The notes beneath the pieces were generated by a model. The model saw only the letters and a program-made list of their open reading frames with translations. It was not told where the DNA came from and did not search any database. From positions 103,119 through 167,118 of IMG/VR virus record IMGVR_UViG_3300012936_000001: 64,000 nucleotides of DNA; one strand, given 5' to 3'. The position numbers were made by a program, and so were the translations under genes. The stretch's first letter is position 1. Each line of letters starts with the position of its first letter. Below are positions 46,830 through 55,964 of this stretch, piece after piece. Source of the stretch: a virus.

Positions 46830-47132
46830 ATGAAAATACTAAATCAACAAAATGAACTTACGACCCAAGAACAAGTATATAATTTCGTCATTTCGAAATT
46901 TCACGAAATGGGTTGGCTTGACAAAGATATATGCCGAAAAATAATGCTTGCTGATTATGCCATACTTCGAAAAAGATATACCGAAAATGGAATCACTGTT
47001 GCTAGAACAATGTGCGACAAAGTAGCCATGGAAAAATCAGACATTCAGGACTCAACTCAAGAAAAAACAGTGTTGTTTGAAATGTTTGTCGGTCTATCAA
47101 AGATTATTCTGACGAAGTCAAATGAAGATTGA
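46830..47132 (+). CDS. Hypothetical protein
   Basis: SD AGGAG. Confidence 0.6.
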   Translation: MKILNQQNELTTQEQVYNFVISKFHEMGWLDKDICRKIMLADYAILRKRYTENGITVARTMCDKVAMEKSDIQDSTQEKTVLFEMFVGLSKIILTKSNED

Positions 47133-47409
47133 TCACGTAGCAATTCAGGTGGATGATCCCAAGGCAGCTGCAGAATGGTATTCTACTAGGTTCAAGGGAG
47201 ATGTTCTGTATTCTGATAAAACTTGGGCTATAGTGAAATTTGGAGAAACTAAATTGGCATTTGTTATACCTCAGCAACACCCAGCTCATTTCGCTTTCGA
47301 AGTACAAGATTTCGACCGTAAGGATAAAGTAAAAAGCCACAGAGACGGATCTCGGTCTGTATACAAAAAAGATCCATGGGGTAACATATACGAGCTCGTT
47401 AAATATTAA
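47122..47409 (+). CDS. VOC/glyoxalase family protein
   Basis: IDHVAIQV..WY, HFAFEV, DPWGNIYELV. Confidence 0.85.
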   Translation: MKIDHVAIQVDDPKAAAEWYSTRFKGDVLYSDKTWAIVKFGETKLAFVIPQQHPAHFAFEVQDFDRKDKVKSHRDGSRSVYKKDPWGNIYELVKY

Positions 47410-47477
47410 GAAAATTCTAAACAATATGCAATGAGTTGATAATATAAAGAAGTCACTTCATCAACAAAGGAGAAAAA

Positions 47478-47657
47478 ATGCTATTGATGATTATGATGCT
47501 CGCATGCGGAGGGAAAGATAACGACTCCGCTGCAGAACAGAAAGAAGAGACAGTAGAGTCACAAGATACGGCCACTGAGCCAGCAGGAGAACCTGCACAA
47601 GAAGACACCGCTTCCGAACCAGAAGATACCGGTGAAGACACAGCAACGGAGGAATAA
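47478..47657 (+). CDS. Small acidic lipoprotein (not in the ORF track)
   Basis: MLLMIMMLAC-GGKDND..DTA/DTG-rich; strong SD. Confidence 0.7.
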   Translation: MLLMIMMLACGGKDNDSAAEQKEETVESQDTATEPAGEPAQEDTASEPEDTGEDTATEE

Positions 47658-47923
47658 TGTTTGCTATATTCTTAACGGCCTTTTTGGCTTGTAGTAATGA
47701 CACAAAAGAAACTACGAACACAAAAAATAATACCAAAACAACGGAAGATGCGGAGGCGACAAAACAAAGTCCCACCAATGTTCAGATGACAAATACTTCG
47801 AACACTTCCAAGAATGAAAACGTAGATACAACCGATAATACAACTAATCAAACTTTGGAAACACAGACAAATGAAGTCAAGGAGTTTGTACAGGAATCCG
47901 TTAATACATCAGAGACGGAATAA
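47657..47923 (+). CDS. Thr/Asn-rich lipoprotein
   Basis: MFAIFLTAFLAC-S lipobox. Confidence 0.7.
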   Translation: MFAIFLTAFLACSNDTKETTNTKNNTKTTEDAEATKQSPTNVQMTNTSNTSKNENVDTTDNTTNQTLETQTNEVKEFVQESVNTSETE

Positions 47924-47926
47924 CCT

Positions 47927-48012
47927 GGCCTTGAATAAGGTCGCCAACCACCGTGCGGATTATAAGTAATGGCTTATACCACGGCCTTGACTTAAACGTC
48001 TAAAAGGTTGGC
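47927..48012 (+). ncRNA. Candidate structured non-coding RNA upstream of a tRNA
   Basis: Nested stems gccaacc/ggttggc, ccgtg/cacgg, tataagt/gcttata. Confidence 0.4.
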
Positions 48013-48016
48013 ATTC

Positions 48017-48090
48017 GGACCCTTAGCTCAGTTGGTTAGAGCATCCGACTCATAATCGGCAGGTCCAAGGTTCAAGTCCTTGAGGGTCCA
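48017..48090 (+). tRNA. tRNA with CAT anticodon, Ile2-type (no encoded CCA)
   Basis: GGACCCT/AGGGTCC acceptor stem, D arm, CTCATAA loop, GGTTCAAGTCC; sequence resembles bacterial tRNA-Ile2 rather than Met. Confidence 0.9.
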
Positions 48091-48123
48091 CTCATTATAA
48101 CAACACAACACAATGGAGAAAAA

Positions 48124-48309
48124 ATGGAAAAAGAACAATTATCAAAAGTGTGTTTCACAGCATCGCTCGCATCCGTCTTGGTGTCAATTGCAGTTTGGGT
48201 ATTGATGAACCCAGAAGATCCTGCTCATGGTGAACGATTCGCCTTGTTTATTGGCTTGTGGGCACCGACATTGATGGGCCTCGCAAACTATTATCGAACC
48301 CAGGAGTAA
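48124..48309 (+). CDS. Small two-TM membrane protein
   Basis: ..ERFALFIGLWAPTLM. Confidence 0.7.
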   Translation: MEKEQLSKVCFTASLASVLVSIAVWVLMNPEDPAHGERFALFIGLWAPTLMGLANYYRTQE

Positions 48310-48311
48310 AC

Positions 48312-48515
48312 ATGAATGGTTTTGAGTTTCTATTTGCTTTGACAGCAGTCGCTGGAATGACAACTATACATTTTTTGTGGCTTCGTTTGGCATACAAAAT
48401 GGAAAATATTAACAAAAAACCTAAACCTGAACATTCAAAACACGAAATAATTGATGACATAATCGATTACGACGGAATGGGACAAGGTAGATTCGTATCA
48501 GAGATTAGGAGATAA
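48312..48515 (+). CDS. Small membrane protein
   Basis: N-terminal TM, DYDGMGQGRF tail. Confidence 0.55.
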   Translation: MNGFEFLFALTAVAGMTTIHFLWLRLAYKMENINKKPKPEHSKHEIIDDIIDYDGMGQGRFVSEIRR

Positions 48516-48516
48516 C

Positions 48517-48846
48517 ATGAAGAAATCGACAATCTGGCTTATAGACATCGATGGTACGGTGTGCGAAGATATTCCCAATGAAGAGTCCTATCGATTTCAT
48601 GCTGCAGAACCGCTTCCGGGAGCTTTGGAAAAAGTAAAAGAACTTTACGAAAAAGGCGACCGCGTTACATTCTTCACGTCGCGGACAACGGAACACGCAG
48701 AGCAAACAGAGTACTGGTTGAAAAAACACGGATTTCCGTATGAATCAGTCTGCTACAATAAGCCACGAATCAACGATGGAGAAGAATATCACTGGATAGA
48801 CAACAAGTCTGTACACGCAACTTTTGTCCCGGAAGGATTGAAATAA
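48517..48846 (+). CDS. Minimal HAD-superfamily phosphatase
   Basis: LIDIDGT, FTSR, KP..WIDN. Confidence 0.8.
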   Translation: MKKSTIWLIDIDGTVCEDIPNEESYRFHAAEPLPGALEKVKELYEKGDRVTFFTSRTTEHAEQTEYWLKKHGFPYESVCYNKPRINDGEEYHWIDNKSVHATFVPEGLK

Positions 48847-48851
48847 TTTTT

Positions 48852-48925
48852 GCGCTCATAGCTCAGCTGGATAGAGCATCGGCCTTCTAAGCCGAGGGTC
48901 CCAGGTTCGAATCCTGGTGGGCGTA
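48852..48925 (+). tRNA. tRNA-Arg(TCT) (no encoded CCA)
   Basis: GCGCTCA/TGGGCGT acceptor stem, CTTCTAA loop, GGTTCGAATCC. Confidence 0.93.
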
Positions 48926-48934
48926 CTTTCTCAT

Positions 48935-48959
48935 GAGGTTCCGAAAGGAACCTCTTTTT
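48935..48959 (+). terminator. Intrinsic terminator
   Basis: gaggttcc-gaaa-ggaacctc followed by ttttt. Confidence 0.9.
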
Positions 48960-49106
48960 ACAATTTAAGATTATAAGACATAATTGACATGCAGAATACT
49001 TGGAGAAAAAAATGAGTGAACAATGGATTTTTTACCTAGACGCTATTATTCCAGCTCTTGGCCTAATATATTTTTATTATTGCTTGCACAACATCGGAGA
49101 GAAAAA

Positions 49107-50012
49107 ATGAAATATGCTTTATTGACAATGTTCTTTGGATGTGGCAGCGACATTCTCATATCAACAAAATATGAAGAAAAAACAAACGACACTAGTGATG
49201 TAATCGCCGTAGAAGATACTAACACGCCAAGCCCGGCTGCAGAGCCCGAACCTCAGCCATCGGATGACCCCGGTAATCAAATGACAGACCTATCGGTTGG
49301 TTTAGCGACAATGCACTTTCGGCAGATATCTTGTCCAGCATGTGTTGGAGCGTATGGAGAATTTGAGATATCCGCAGATCTTAAGATGCATCAACCAACT
49401 TCCGGAGACTATTTTGAATATATGACTCCAGTCGGCACTTGCACTACTCAAATGATAGAAAGTTATGTAAGTTCGCAGCCTCTAGCGGCCACGCAGCCAG
49501 CGATGTTCAATAGCATCACACTGAACCCATCCGGTGAGGGACAATGGACAAATAATTATTTGTATGAGTATCAGATTCAACGTCAGACGCCACATACGAT
49601 TACCACCGAAAATGGAACTATTGTCGACGCATTTATCACTATCGAAGGATTTGATGACATTCAACCTTACACTCTGCTTTGGGTTGATCCATCCTATGCA
49701 TTTGACGCCGTAATTTCCAAGAATGGTACAACATTTACGTGGTACCCAGTTCTGCCTCTAGACTACTTTGAAATCATAGTTGCGGTGTATTCACCAGACG
49801 GATCTCAGCTTCTTGGCGCAGTTAGCTGTATGGAGACAGACACTGGTTACATGTTCGTGCCTGGTAATTATTTTCAATCGTATCCTACCTGGTCCTTGGC
49901 CGCGGTACACCTTATAAGACACAGAATAGGGAAACAAGTAGCACCCGAATTCAATGGATATATAGATTCACATATGATATGGGAAGTTATTGGAACTGGT
50001 CATATAGAGTAA
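49107..50012 (+). CDS. Lipoprotein with a beta-rich extracellular domain
   Basis: MKYALLTMFFGC signal, Pro/Glu/Asp linker, CPAC. Confidence 0.7.
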   Translation: MKYALLTMFFGCGSDILISTKYEEKTNDTSDVIAVEDTNTPSPAAEPEPQPSDDPGNQMTDLSVGLATMHFRQISCPACVGAYGEFEISADLKMHQPTSGDYFEYMTPVGTCTTQMIESYVSSQPLAATQPAMFNSITLNPSGEGQWTNNYLYEYQIQRQTPHTITTENGTIVDAFITIEGFDDIQPYTLLWVDPSYAFDAVISKNGTTFTWYPVLPLDYFEIIVAVYSPDGSQLLGAVSCMETDTGYMFVPGNYFQSYPTWSLAAVHLIRHRIGKQVAPEFNGYIDSHMIWEVIGTGHIE

Positions 50013-50030
50013 GGACGCATACTTATTTGT

Positions 50031-50462
50031 ATGTGGAAGAAAAATGCTCATGTTGTTATTGTAGATTTTGTGTATCATAAGAAAAATGATATAAAAAACA
50101 AAAGTTTTCGATTTGCGAAGATTATAGAGGTGGGGAAAGATGATTTATTAGTTTCTCCAAAAACTTCATGGTCTTATAGAAAGCTCTTGATCGTTCCAAA
50201 AAGTTCCTGCGTACTAGTAGACGAAAACAAGATAAATCCTCAAGCGCTTCGGAGAGAGCCAGACATTGGGGATCTAGTCTGTGCTTTTACCCAGAAGTTT
50301 TCTGGCTCAACAGAATATAATATTGGACACATTTACGAAAAAAAGTACTCTCCAGGAAATCCAATAGAATATCTAGTAAAGATGGGAGAGAAAGAAGAAT
50401 GGTATCCATCGGATAGATTATTGGTCATAGAAGGAGACAAAAATGCAAAGCCACCTAAGTGA
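50031..50462 (+). CDS. Hypothetical protein (two SH3-like halves)
   Basis: Beta-rich ORF. Confidence 0.55.
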   Translation: MWKKNAHVVIVDFVYHKKNDIKNKSFRFAKIIEVGKDDLLVSPKTSWSYRKLLIVPKSSCVLVDENKINPQALRREPDIGDLVCAFTQKFSGSTEYNIGHIYEKKYSPGNPIEYLVKMGEKEEWYPSDRLLVIEGDKNAKPPK

Positions 50463-50640
50463 AATAGACAAAAGTTACTTTGAGCATATGAAACATGCGA
50501 TCGGATATTCCTGGAAAATTTTCAAAATATCCCTTGCTTTGTTTTTGCATGCAATTTTTCCAAATATATTTGTACATTATGCGTCAACAGAGATAGAATC
50601 TATAAGAGAGGAGATGAAAAATGACATTGCCAATAATTAA
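50443..50640 (+). CDS. DUF6356-like small protein
   Basis: HL....SYFEHM.........LHAIFP. Confidence 0.6.
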   Translation: MQSHLSEIDKSYFEHMKHAIGYSWKIFKISLALFLHAIFPNIFVHYASTEIESIREEMKNDIANN

Positions 50641-50760
50641 CTTTTGTATCAATCTTGCTATCGTTGGTGGCTTAATTTGGGTTGACAAAAGACACAAAAA
50701 AGAATTGAAAGCTATGGAATCAAAATTACTAAAAGCAAATCCTGCGTCTAGGAGAAGAAA

Positions 50761-51201
50761 ATGAACATTAGTTATTCTGGAATTGTCCTGTCTGAACAAG
50801 ACCGACAAAATCTATTAGGTCACCTGAGCGAAATGATTCCACTCGGTTGGGAGGTAGTTGCTCATCATATGACGATTTGTATGGGGCCACTAGTCCACCC
50901 AAAGGAAAGCAAAAGACGCAAAGGCCATGACTATTCTGCTTTTGGTATGCCAGGAACTCCGCATAATCTTCAAGTGACAGAAGTAGGATTAGATGAACGA
51001 GCCATGGCAGTTAAGGTAATTTCTCCCTCTGTCACTCAAAATGAAAAAAAAGGAGGGTTTGCACACATTACGATAGCTGTAAATCGGGCTGGTGGCGGAA
51101 AACCATTTCATTCGAACAAAATTCCCGCACAGAATTTCAGTGATATTTCGGACTTAGGAATTATAGTACGGGGAACAGTGGAAGAGATTCCACAATCATA
51201 A
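50761..51201 (+). CDS. 2H phosphoesterase
   Basis: HMTI and HITI motifs. Confidence 0.75.
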   Translation: MNISYSGIVLSEQDRQNLLGHLSEMIPLGWEVVAHHMTICMGPLVHPKESKRRKGHDYSAFGMPGTPHNLQVTEVGLDERAMAVKVISPSVTQNEKKGGFAHITIAVNRAGGGKPFHSNKIPAQNFSDISDLGIIVRGTVEEIPQS

Positions 51202-51218
51202 CAATAACTGGGGGAACC

Positions 51219-51674
51219 ATGAATCTTTTCGAAGATGAATCAGTAAAATTATTTATTACAAAAGCCATGTCAGAAGGAGTAGAGTTTTCAAGCCCTTTGA
51301 ATACGGAAGATATAAAATCTATCTTAGCCAGAACAGTTAATGAGCTAGAGAATCATCCATCCAGCCCCATCTTTTCGCAGGAGGGCCCAAAAAGAGAAGA
51401 AGAGGGAATCTATTCTATCCTTATAGAAGACCTTACAATGAATACGATAATGTCGATAGTTTATCAGTCATCGTCTATGCATTTCAATATGATACAAGAC
51501 ATAAAAACCCTTACTTCAAAAGAAAAGAATATTATTTTTCACAGTGTTCTTAATTCTATAGGTGTTGTAATAGACTCAGGTCTGGCCGGCCAAGTATATC
51601 CAAGAAATGAGAAGCTATTAGACGTGCCCCAACAGGCCAACAGATCAAATAAAGACTGCTGGGTGATGCCATGA
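51219..51674 (+). CDS. Hypothetical protein
   Basis: SD present, clean ORF. Confidence 0.6.
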   Translation: MNLFEDESVKLFITKAMSEGVEFSSPLNTEDIKSILARTVNELENHPSSPIFSQEGPKREEEGIYSILIEDLTMNTIMSIVYQSSSMHFNMIQDIKTLTSKEKNIIFHSVLNSIGVVIDSGLAGQVYPRNEKLLDVPQQANRSNKDCWVMP

Positions 51675-52423
51675 AAAAAGATTATGCTATAAAAAACAAA
51701 GACTGTGTAGAATTCCTAAAAGAATTAGATTCTGAGTCTATAGACTTGATTGTTGTGGATCCTCCTTATTTTGAAATAGCAAAAGAAGAATGGGACAGAC
51801 AATGGTCTGGAGAATCAGATTATATTTCATGGTGTGAAGAATGGACGCGAGAATGCTTTCGCGTACTGAAGCCGGGTCGCTGCTTTTATGTATTTGGCAC
51901 AACAAAGACAAATACTTTTCTTAAATACAAGCTAGATGTTCTAGATGAAATTGACGGATTTCAGTATAACAATTGGCTGATATGGCATTATGAATATGGA
52001 GGAAAGTCCAGAAAATCATTCTCAAGGAAGCACGAAGATTGCTTGATGTATTCAAAAGGGGATTCTTTTCTTTTCAATGCCGAAGACGTTCGAATTCCAT
52101 ATGTTAATAAAAAGAACCCTCAGAATAAACCAGGTGGAAAAATACCTACCGACGTGTGGTTTTCTAATAAGGCGATGTCTGGAGAAGATCGAATTATCCA
52201 TCCGACACAAAAACCACTCAAGATTCTGCGTAGGATGATAAAAGCATCTTCCAATCATGGCGACATTGTTCTTGATTGCTTTTCCGGATCCGGAGCTACT
52301 GCCATGGCAGCACTACAATGTGGTAGAAGATTCGTGGGCTGCGAAAAAGATTCTGCTTATTTTCATAATTCTATTAACAGAATATTGAAAACGACTTACT
52401 TAAGTGAAAACCAGGAGAAATAG
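51671..52423 (+). CDS. DNA methyltransferase, N6-A/N4-C family (beta class)
   Basis: DPPY, HPTQKP, LDCFSGSGAT. Confidence 0.9.
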   Translation: MKKDYAIKNKDCVEFLKELDSESIDLIVVDPPYFEIAKEEWDRQWSGESDYISWCEEWTRECFRVLKPGRCFYVFGTTKTNTFLKYKLDVLDEIDGFQYNNWLIWHYEYGGKSRKSFSRKHEDCLMYSKGDSFLFNAEDVRIPYVNKKNPQNKPGGKIPTDVWFSNKAMSGEDRIIHPTQKPLKILRRMIKASSNHGDIVLDCFSGSGATAMAALQCGRRFVGCEKDSAYFHNSINRILKTTYLSENQEK

Positions 52424-52639
52424 TTCATGAATTTCTTGAGCCGCATTAAAAATTCAAAGGAGCTCGAATAATGAAAACATTCTTATTTGGTTTTTTGGCT
52501 GGTTGTCTCATAACCAGCCATTTTTTTAATGGCAACTATCTAATTTATTTTTTATCCGGACTATTGTTGTTCGGATTTATTTTATTTAAGTCCTATCAAA
52601 AATTTGATAGAGAGAGTGCCGACTTCTGGGAGGAATATC

Positions 52640-53608
52640 ATGAGTAACTATAGCCCTTTATTGGACGTTCTGTCCAAGATCAAAGACTACGGAGGATTTG
52701 TAAACTCACACAGTCACCTTGACAGAGCCAATACAATTACTCATGAGTCTATGCAAAGAGTAAACGATCATCTTTTTGAGAAGTGGAGGTATGTAGAAAA
52801 TGTAAAGTCAGAATCTTCGGAAAGAGATTACGAAAAAAGAATATCTCTTGCCCTTGAATCCCAGAAAAAAATGGGCGTGACAAAAATTTGTACCTTTATT
52901 GATATTGATACTGTTGCAGGGCTAAGGGCCCTGAAGGCAGCGGACAAAGTCAAATCAAACATTGCGGGAATTGACTTAAAGATTGCTTGCCAAACACTTG
53001 ACGGTGTCTTGGATTCAACTCCCAAGAATTTAATTGAAGAAGGGTTGTCTCTGGGGATGATCGATATAATAGGATCTCTACCTGGAGCCGACAAAGGAAA
53101 AGCAGAGGAACATCTAGATGTTATCATGGGATGGGCAAAAGATACCGGAAAAATGGTTCACGCGCACGTAGATCAGTTGAATATCAGTGATGAAGTAGAA
53201 ACAGAACTTCTTGCTCAAAAAACAATTCAGCATGGACTTGAGGGAAAAGTAGTTGCAATCCATGGAATCTCGTTGGCGTGTCACAAAAAAGAATACCGAG
53301 ATAGAGTGTATGGATTATGTAAAGATGCTGGAATCATGTTTATCAGTTGTCCCTCTGCATGGATTGACCACAGAAGAACGGAGATCATGTCTCCGACACA
53401 CTCAGCGATCACTCCGGTCGACGAATTATTGAAATATGATATCCCTGTTGCATTAGGTACAGATAACATACACGATGTATACAAGCCCTTCTGCGATGGA
53501 TCCATGATCAACGAAATGAGGTTATTGGTAGATGCATGTCGAGTTTATGACTCGAGCGACATAATTAGAATATGTACCACAAATGGATATAAAGCATTGG
53601 GATTTTAA
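52640..53608 (+). CDS. Amidohydrolase, cytosine deaminase-like
   Basis: FVNSHSHLD, HAHVD, AIHG, ALGTDN. Confidence 0.8.
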   Translation: MSNYSPLLDVLSKIKDYGGFVNSHSHLDRANTITHESMQRVNDHLFEKWRYVENVKSESSERDYEKRISLALESQKKMGVTKICTFIDIDTVAGLRALKAADKVKSNIAGIDLKIACQTLDGVLDSTPKNLIEEGLSLGMIDIIGSLPGADKGKAEEHLDVIMGWAKDTGKMVHAHVDQLNISDEVETELLAQKTIQHGLEGKVVAIHGISLACHKKEYRDRVYGLCKDAGIMFISCPSAWIDHRRTEIMSPTHSAITPVDELLKYDIPVALGTDNIHDVYKPFCDGSMINEMRLLVDACRVYDSSDIIRICTTNGYKALGF

Positions 53609-53609
53609 C

Positions 53610-53957
53610 ATGAGAAGAGAAGACATAAAAAACTTTATACGGATGCTGAACGAATGCGGTTGTGAAGAGGAAGAACATTCGATTTATGGAAACACAATGT
53701 ATAAACCGGAATATCAGGCTGATCTCGTATCAATGATGTATCAAAAGGGTCCCTCGACCGAACCTATGTGTCCGGCCAGTTATCAAAAATGTATCGATCA
53801 TTTTTGCGTAGACCCCCACTCTGTACTCGAGACACTACGTCCGATTATGAGGCAGGTTGGGATTGGTTGTCCGCAATCCTTCGCTCAGGCCCTAGCAGAT
53901 ATGTTTGAAATAGCCCAGGAAGTTGGTATAATAAAACCTTTTAGTACCGAGCAATAG
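53610..53957 (+). CDS. Tagged hypothetical protein (MRREDIKNFIRMLNE)
   Basis: Variant leader; ATAATTA upstream. Confidence 0.65.
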   Translation: MRREDIKNFIRMLNECGCEEEEHSIYGNTMYKPEYQADLVSMMYQKGPSTEPMCPASYQKCIDHFCVDPHSVLETLRPIMRQVGIGCPQSFAQALADMFEIAQEVGIIKPFSTEQ

Positions 53958-53959
53958 AA

Positions 53960-54949
53960 ATGAGCGCGCAATTATTAAATAGCCCTCGCAGAAGGTGGGA
54001 CTTGTTTGTTTTGGAGACACAATATAACTACAGCAGATCTCTTCTCACCGAGGCTCCCGGAGGCTTGCCGGAAGACACAACCGTTAAAGATGCTCTCGAA
54101 GCAATGGATATACTTTCAACGGAAGGCAAAAAGGCAGAAGTAATTAACATGATCTTTAATTATTTCTCTTCCTCCATTAATCCTTTTGAGAAATTTTTGA
54201 ATACATTTATAGAAGTTGCAGGAGAAAAAGTCGATTCGGCGGGTGATGGCTGGTTCTCCAAATTAACAAGCGCGGCAGCGGCTGCAAAAAACAAAAAAGA
54301 TCAAATACAAAAAGATGTAAAAAAAATCATGGCTGAAATCAAGAAGATGACAGACGCATATAAATCGAAGGGAATACTAGCAGTACTAAGACTTGGTGAG
54401 ACCAATGCAAAGCATCCTTTTATGGCAATAATAGGAACAATAATAAAGATTTTTTCAGACAACAAAGACCTTATTTTGTCCGTCATTAAGAAATTAGGAG
54501 CCGATCCCGAAGTTCAGAAGTCCATAAAAACTTTCGTAGACAAAGTCGTTAGTGCGGCATCACCGCTTTTACCGGGTTTGCGTTTTGCAATTACTACTGC
54601 CAAATTTGTGATAAAAGTAATCGGTTCGGCAAAAGATGTAATCGACAAAGTAAAGTCAGGACCAGATGAATTTTTCAATGCTGTTATTGACGATGTTGGA
54701 CAGGCACCAGACAAAAACACGAAGCTTTCCCCATTCCTTGATTTGTTCAACATGGCTGATGAGTTTCAGGTTATGTTGGATGATAAACTAGAAGCTGATT
54801 TTTTGGCGGACTATCGTAAAAGTTTGCAAGCAGTAGTAGCCTCTGAGCCAGACAAACCACTGAGTGCATTCGATATAAACGACGCTTTGCAGAAGTACTT
54901 AGAAAATAAATACAATGATCATACAGTAAAAATCCCGGAGAAACAATGA
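53960..54949 (+). CDS. Helical hypothetical protein (..SRSLLTE/A)
   Basis: Long ORF with an N-terminal LLTE site. Confidence 0.7.
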   Translation: MSAQLLNSPRRRWDLFVLETQYNYSRSLLTEAPGGLPEDTTVKDALEAMDILSTEGKKAEVINMIFNYFSSSINPFEKFLNTFIEVAGEKVDSAGDGWFSKLTSAAAAAKNKKDQIQKDVKKIMAEIKKMTDAYKSKGILAVLRLGETNAKHPFMAIIGTIIKIFSDNKDLILSVIKKLGADPEVQKSIKTFVDKVVSAASPLLPGLRFAITTAKFVIKVIGSAKDVIDKVKSGPDEFFNAVIDDVGQAPDKNTKLSPFLDLFNMADEFQVMLDDKLEADFLADYRKSLQAVVASEPDKPLSAFDINDALQKYLENKYNDHTVKIPEKQ

Positions 54950-55140
54950 CAAAGACAGGTGATAGAGTAAGTCTATTTCATAATATAGGAAAAAAAGGCA
55001 CAGTAACCAAGATGATTCCAGTAAAAGTGCAAACATATTTTACACACGGTTCTGCAGGAAATACTTGGGCGCTAGTCATAAAATGGGATGATGGCACCGA
55101 AACTACGGAAAAATTAACCGATGTAATGCGAATCGATTAG
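54946..55140 (+). CDS. Small KOW/SH3-like protein
   Basis: GDRV...GTV...IKWDDG. Confidence 0.55.
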   Translation: MTKTGDRVSLFHNIGKKGTVTKMIPVKVQTYFTHGSAGNTWALVIKWDDGTETTEKLTDVMRID

Positions 55141-55964
55141 ATTCCAGCCATTTTTCTCATTCTTCGCAGGGTCCAGTCGTTCATCCTTCTGGACTCTGAC
55201 TTTTTTCCGTACTCTCTTTTATAATCAATCTCGCCAGGCGTAGTACGAGAGAATTTATATACTGTCAAATTGTTGACAAGGTCCATGCAGTGGTCTACTA
55301 CACTTTCACAGTTTTCTTCCCTGTCATCATAAAAGAAAACGTTCTTGCATTCAAGATCCCGGATGAGCATCTCGACAGTCTCTCCTTTTGGATCGTCTCC
55401 TACGCAGAATATATTTCTCTTTGATATCGGACAGCCAATGTACTCAAGATAATCATAGACATTCTGTCTATTGGCCTCGCCCTTCCGTGCAGTACAAATG
55501 TATACGTAATGCCCTTGTCCTAGCTTTTCACGCAAGATATCGGTGCCAAGGATCGGAACATAAGATTCTACGGGGACATCTTCCGGAATAGGGTAGTTCC
55601 ACCTGATAGTAGGATCTCCATAGTCGGCATCTCTGAGCGGGGAGAAATATTGGTTTCTCCATTCTTTTGTCATGACATTCCTGGCACTGATATAGCCATA
55701 CTGATCTAGGTCAATGCAAGAACCATCTACCGATCGGGGCGAGATCCCATGAGCCTTCATTATCCTTGCCGCTTCTCCAGTCCTGTCCGGATCACATGTG
55801 AGAAACTTGTTCCCGTCCTGGTGTCCGACATATAGCTTAAAGCTGGCATCGGGTGCAATAGTAAGTGTTTCATCGAAATCAAACACATGCAACTCTCGAT
55901 TCATTTTATCGGCTTTTACATTTAAACTTTCGACCATTAACTTCAGCGCTTTGATTCTATCCAT
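55137..55964 (-). CDS. HAD-superfamily phosphatase with N- and C-terminal tags
   Basis: VFDFDETL, ICTAR, K, FYDD; ends with SESRRMNDWTLRRMRKMAGI. Confidence 0.75.
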   Translation of the reverse strand: MDRIKALKLMVESLNVKADKMNRELHVFDFDETLTIAPDASFKLYVGHQDGNKFLTCDPDRTGEAARIMKAHGISPRSVDGSCIDLDQYGYISARNVMTKEWRNQYFSPLRDADYGDPTIRWNYPIPEDVPVESYVPILGTDILREKLGQGHYVYICTARKGEANRQNVYDYLEYIGCPISKRNIFCVGDDPKGETVEMLIRDLECKNVFFYDDREENCESVVDHCMDLVNNLTVYKFSRTTPGEIDYKREYGKKSESRRMNDWTLRRMRKMAGI

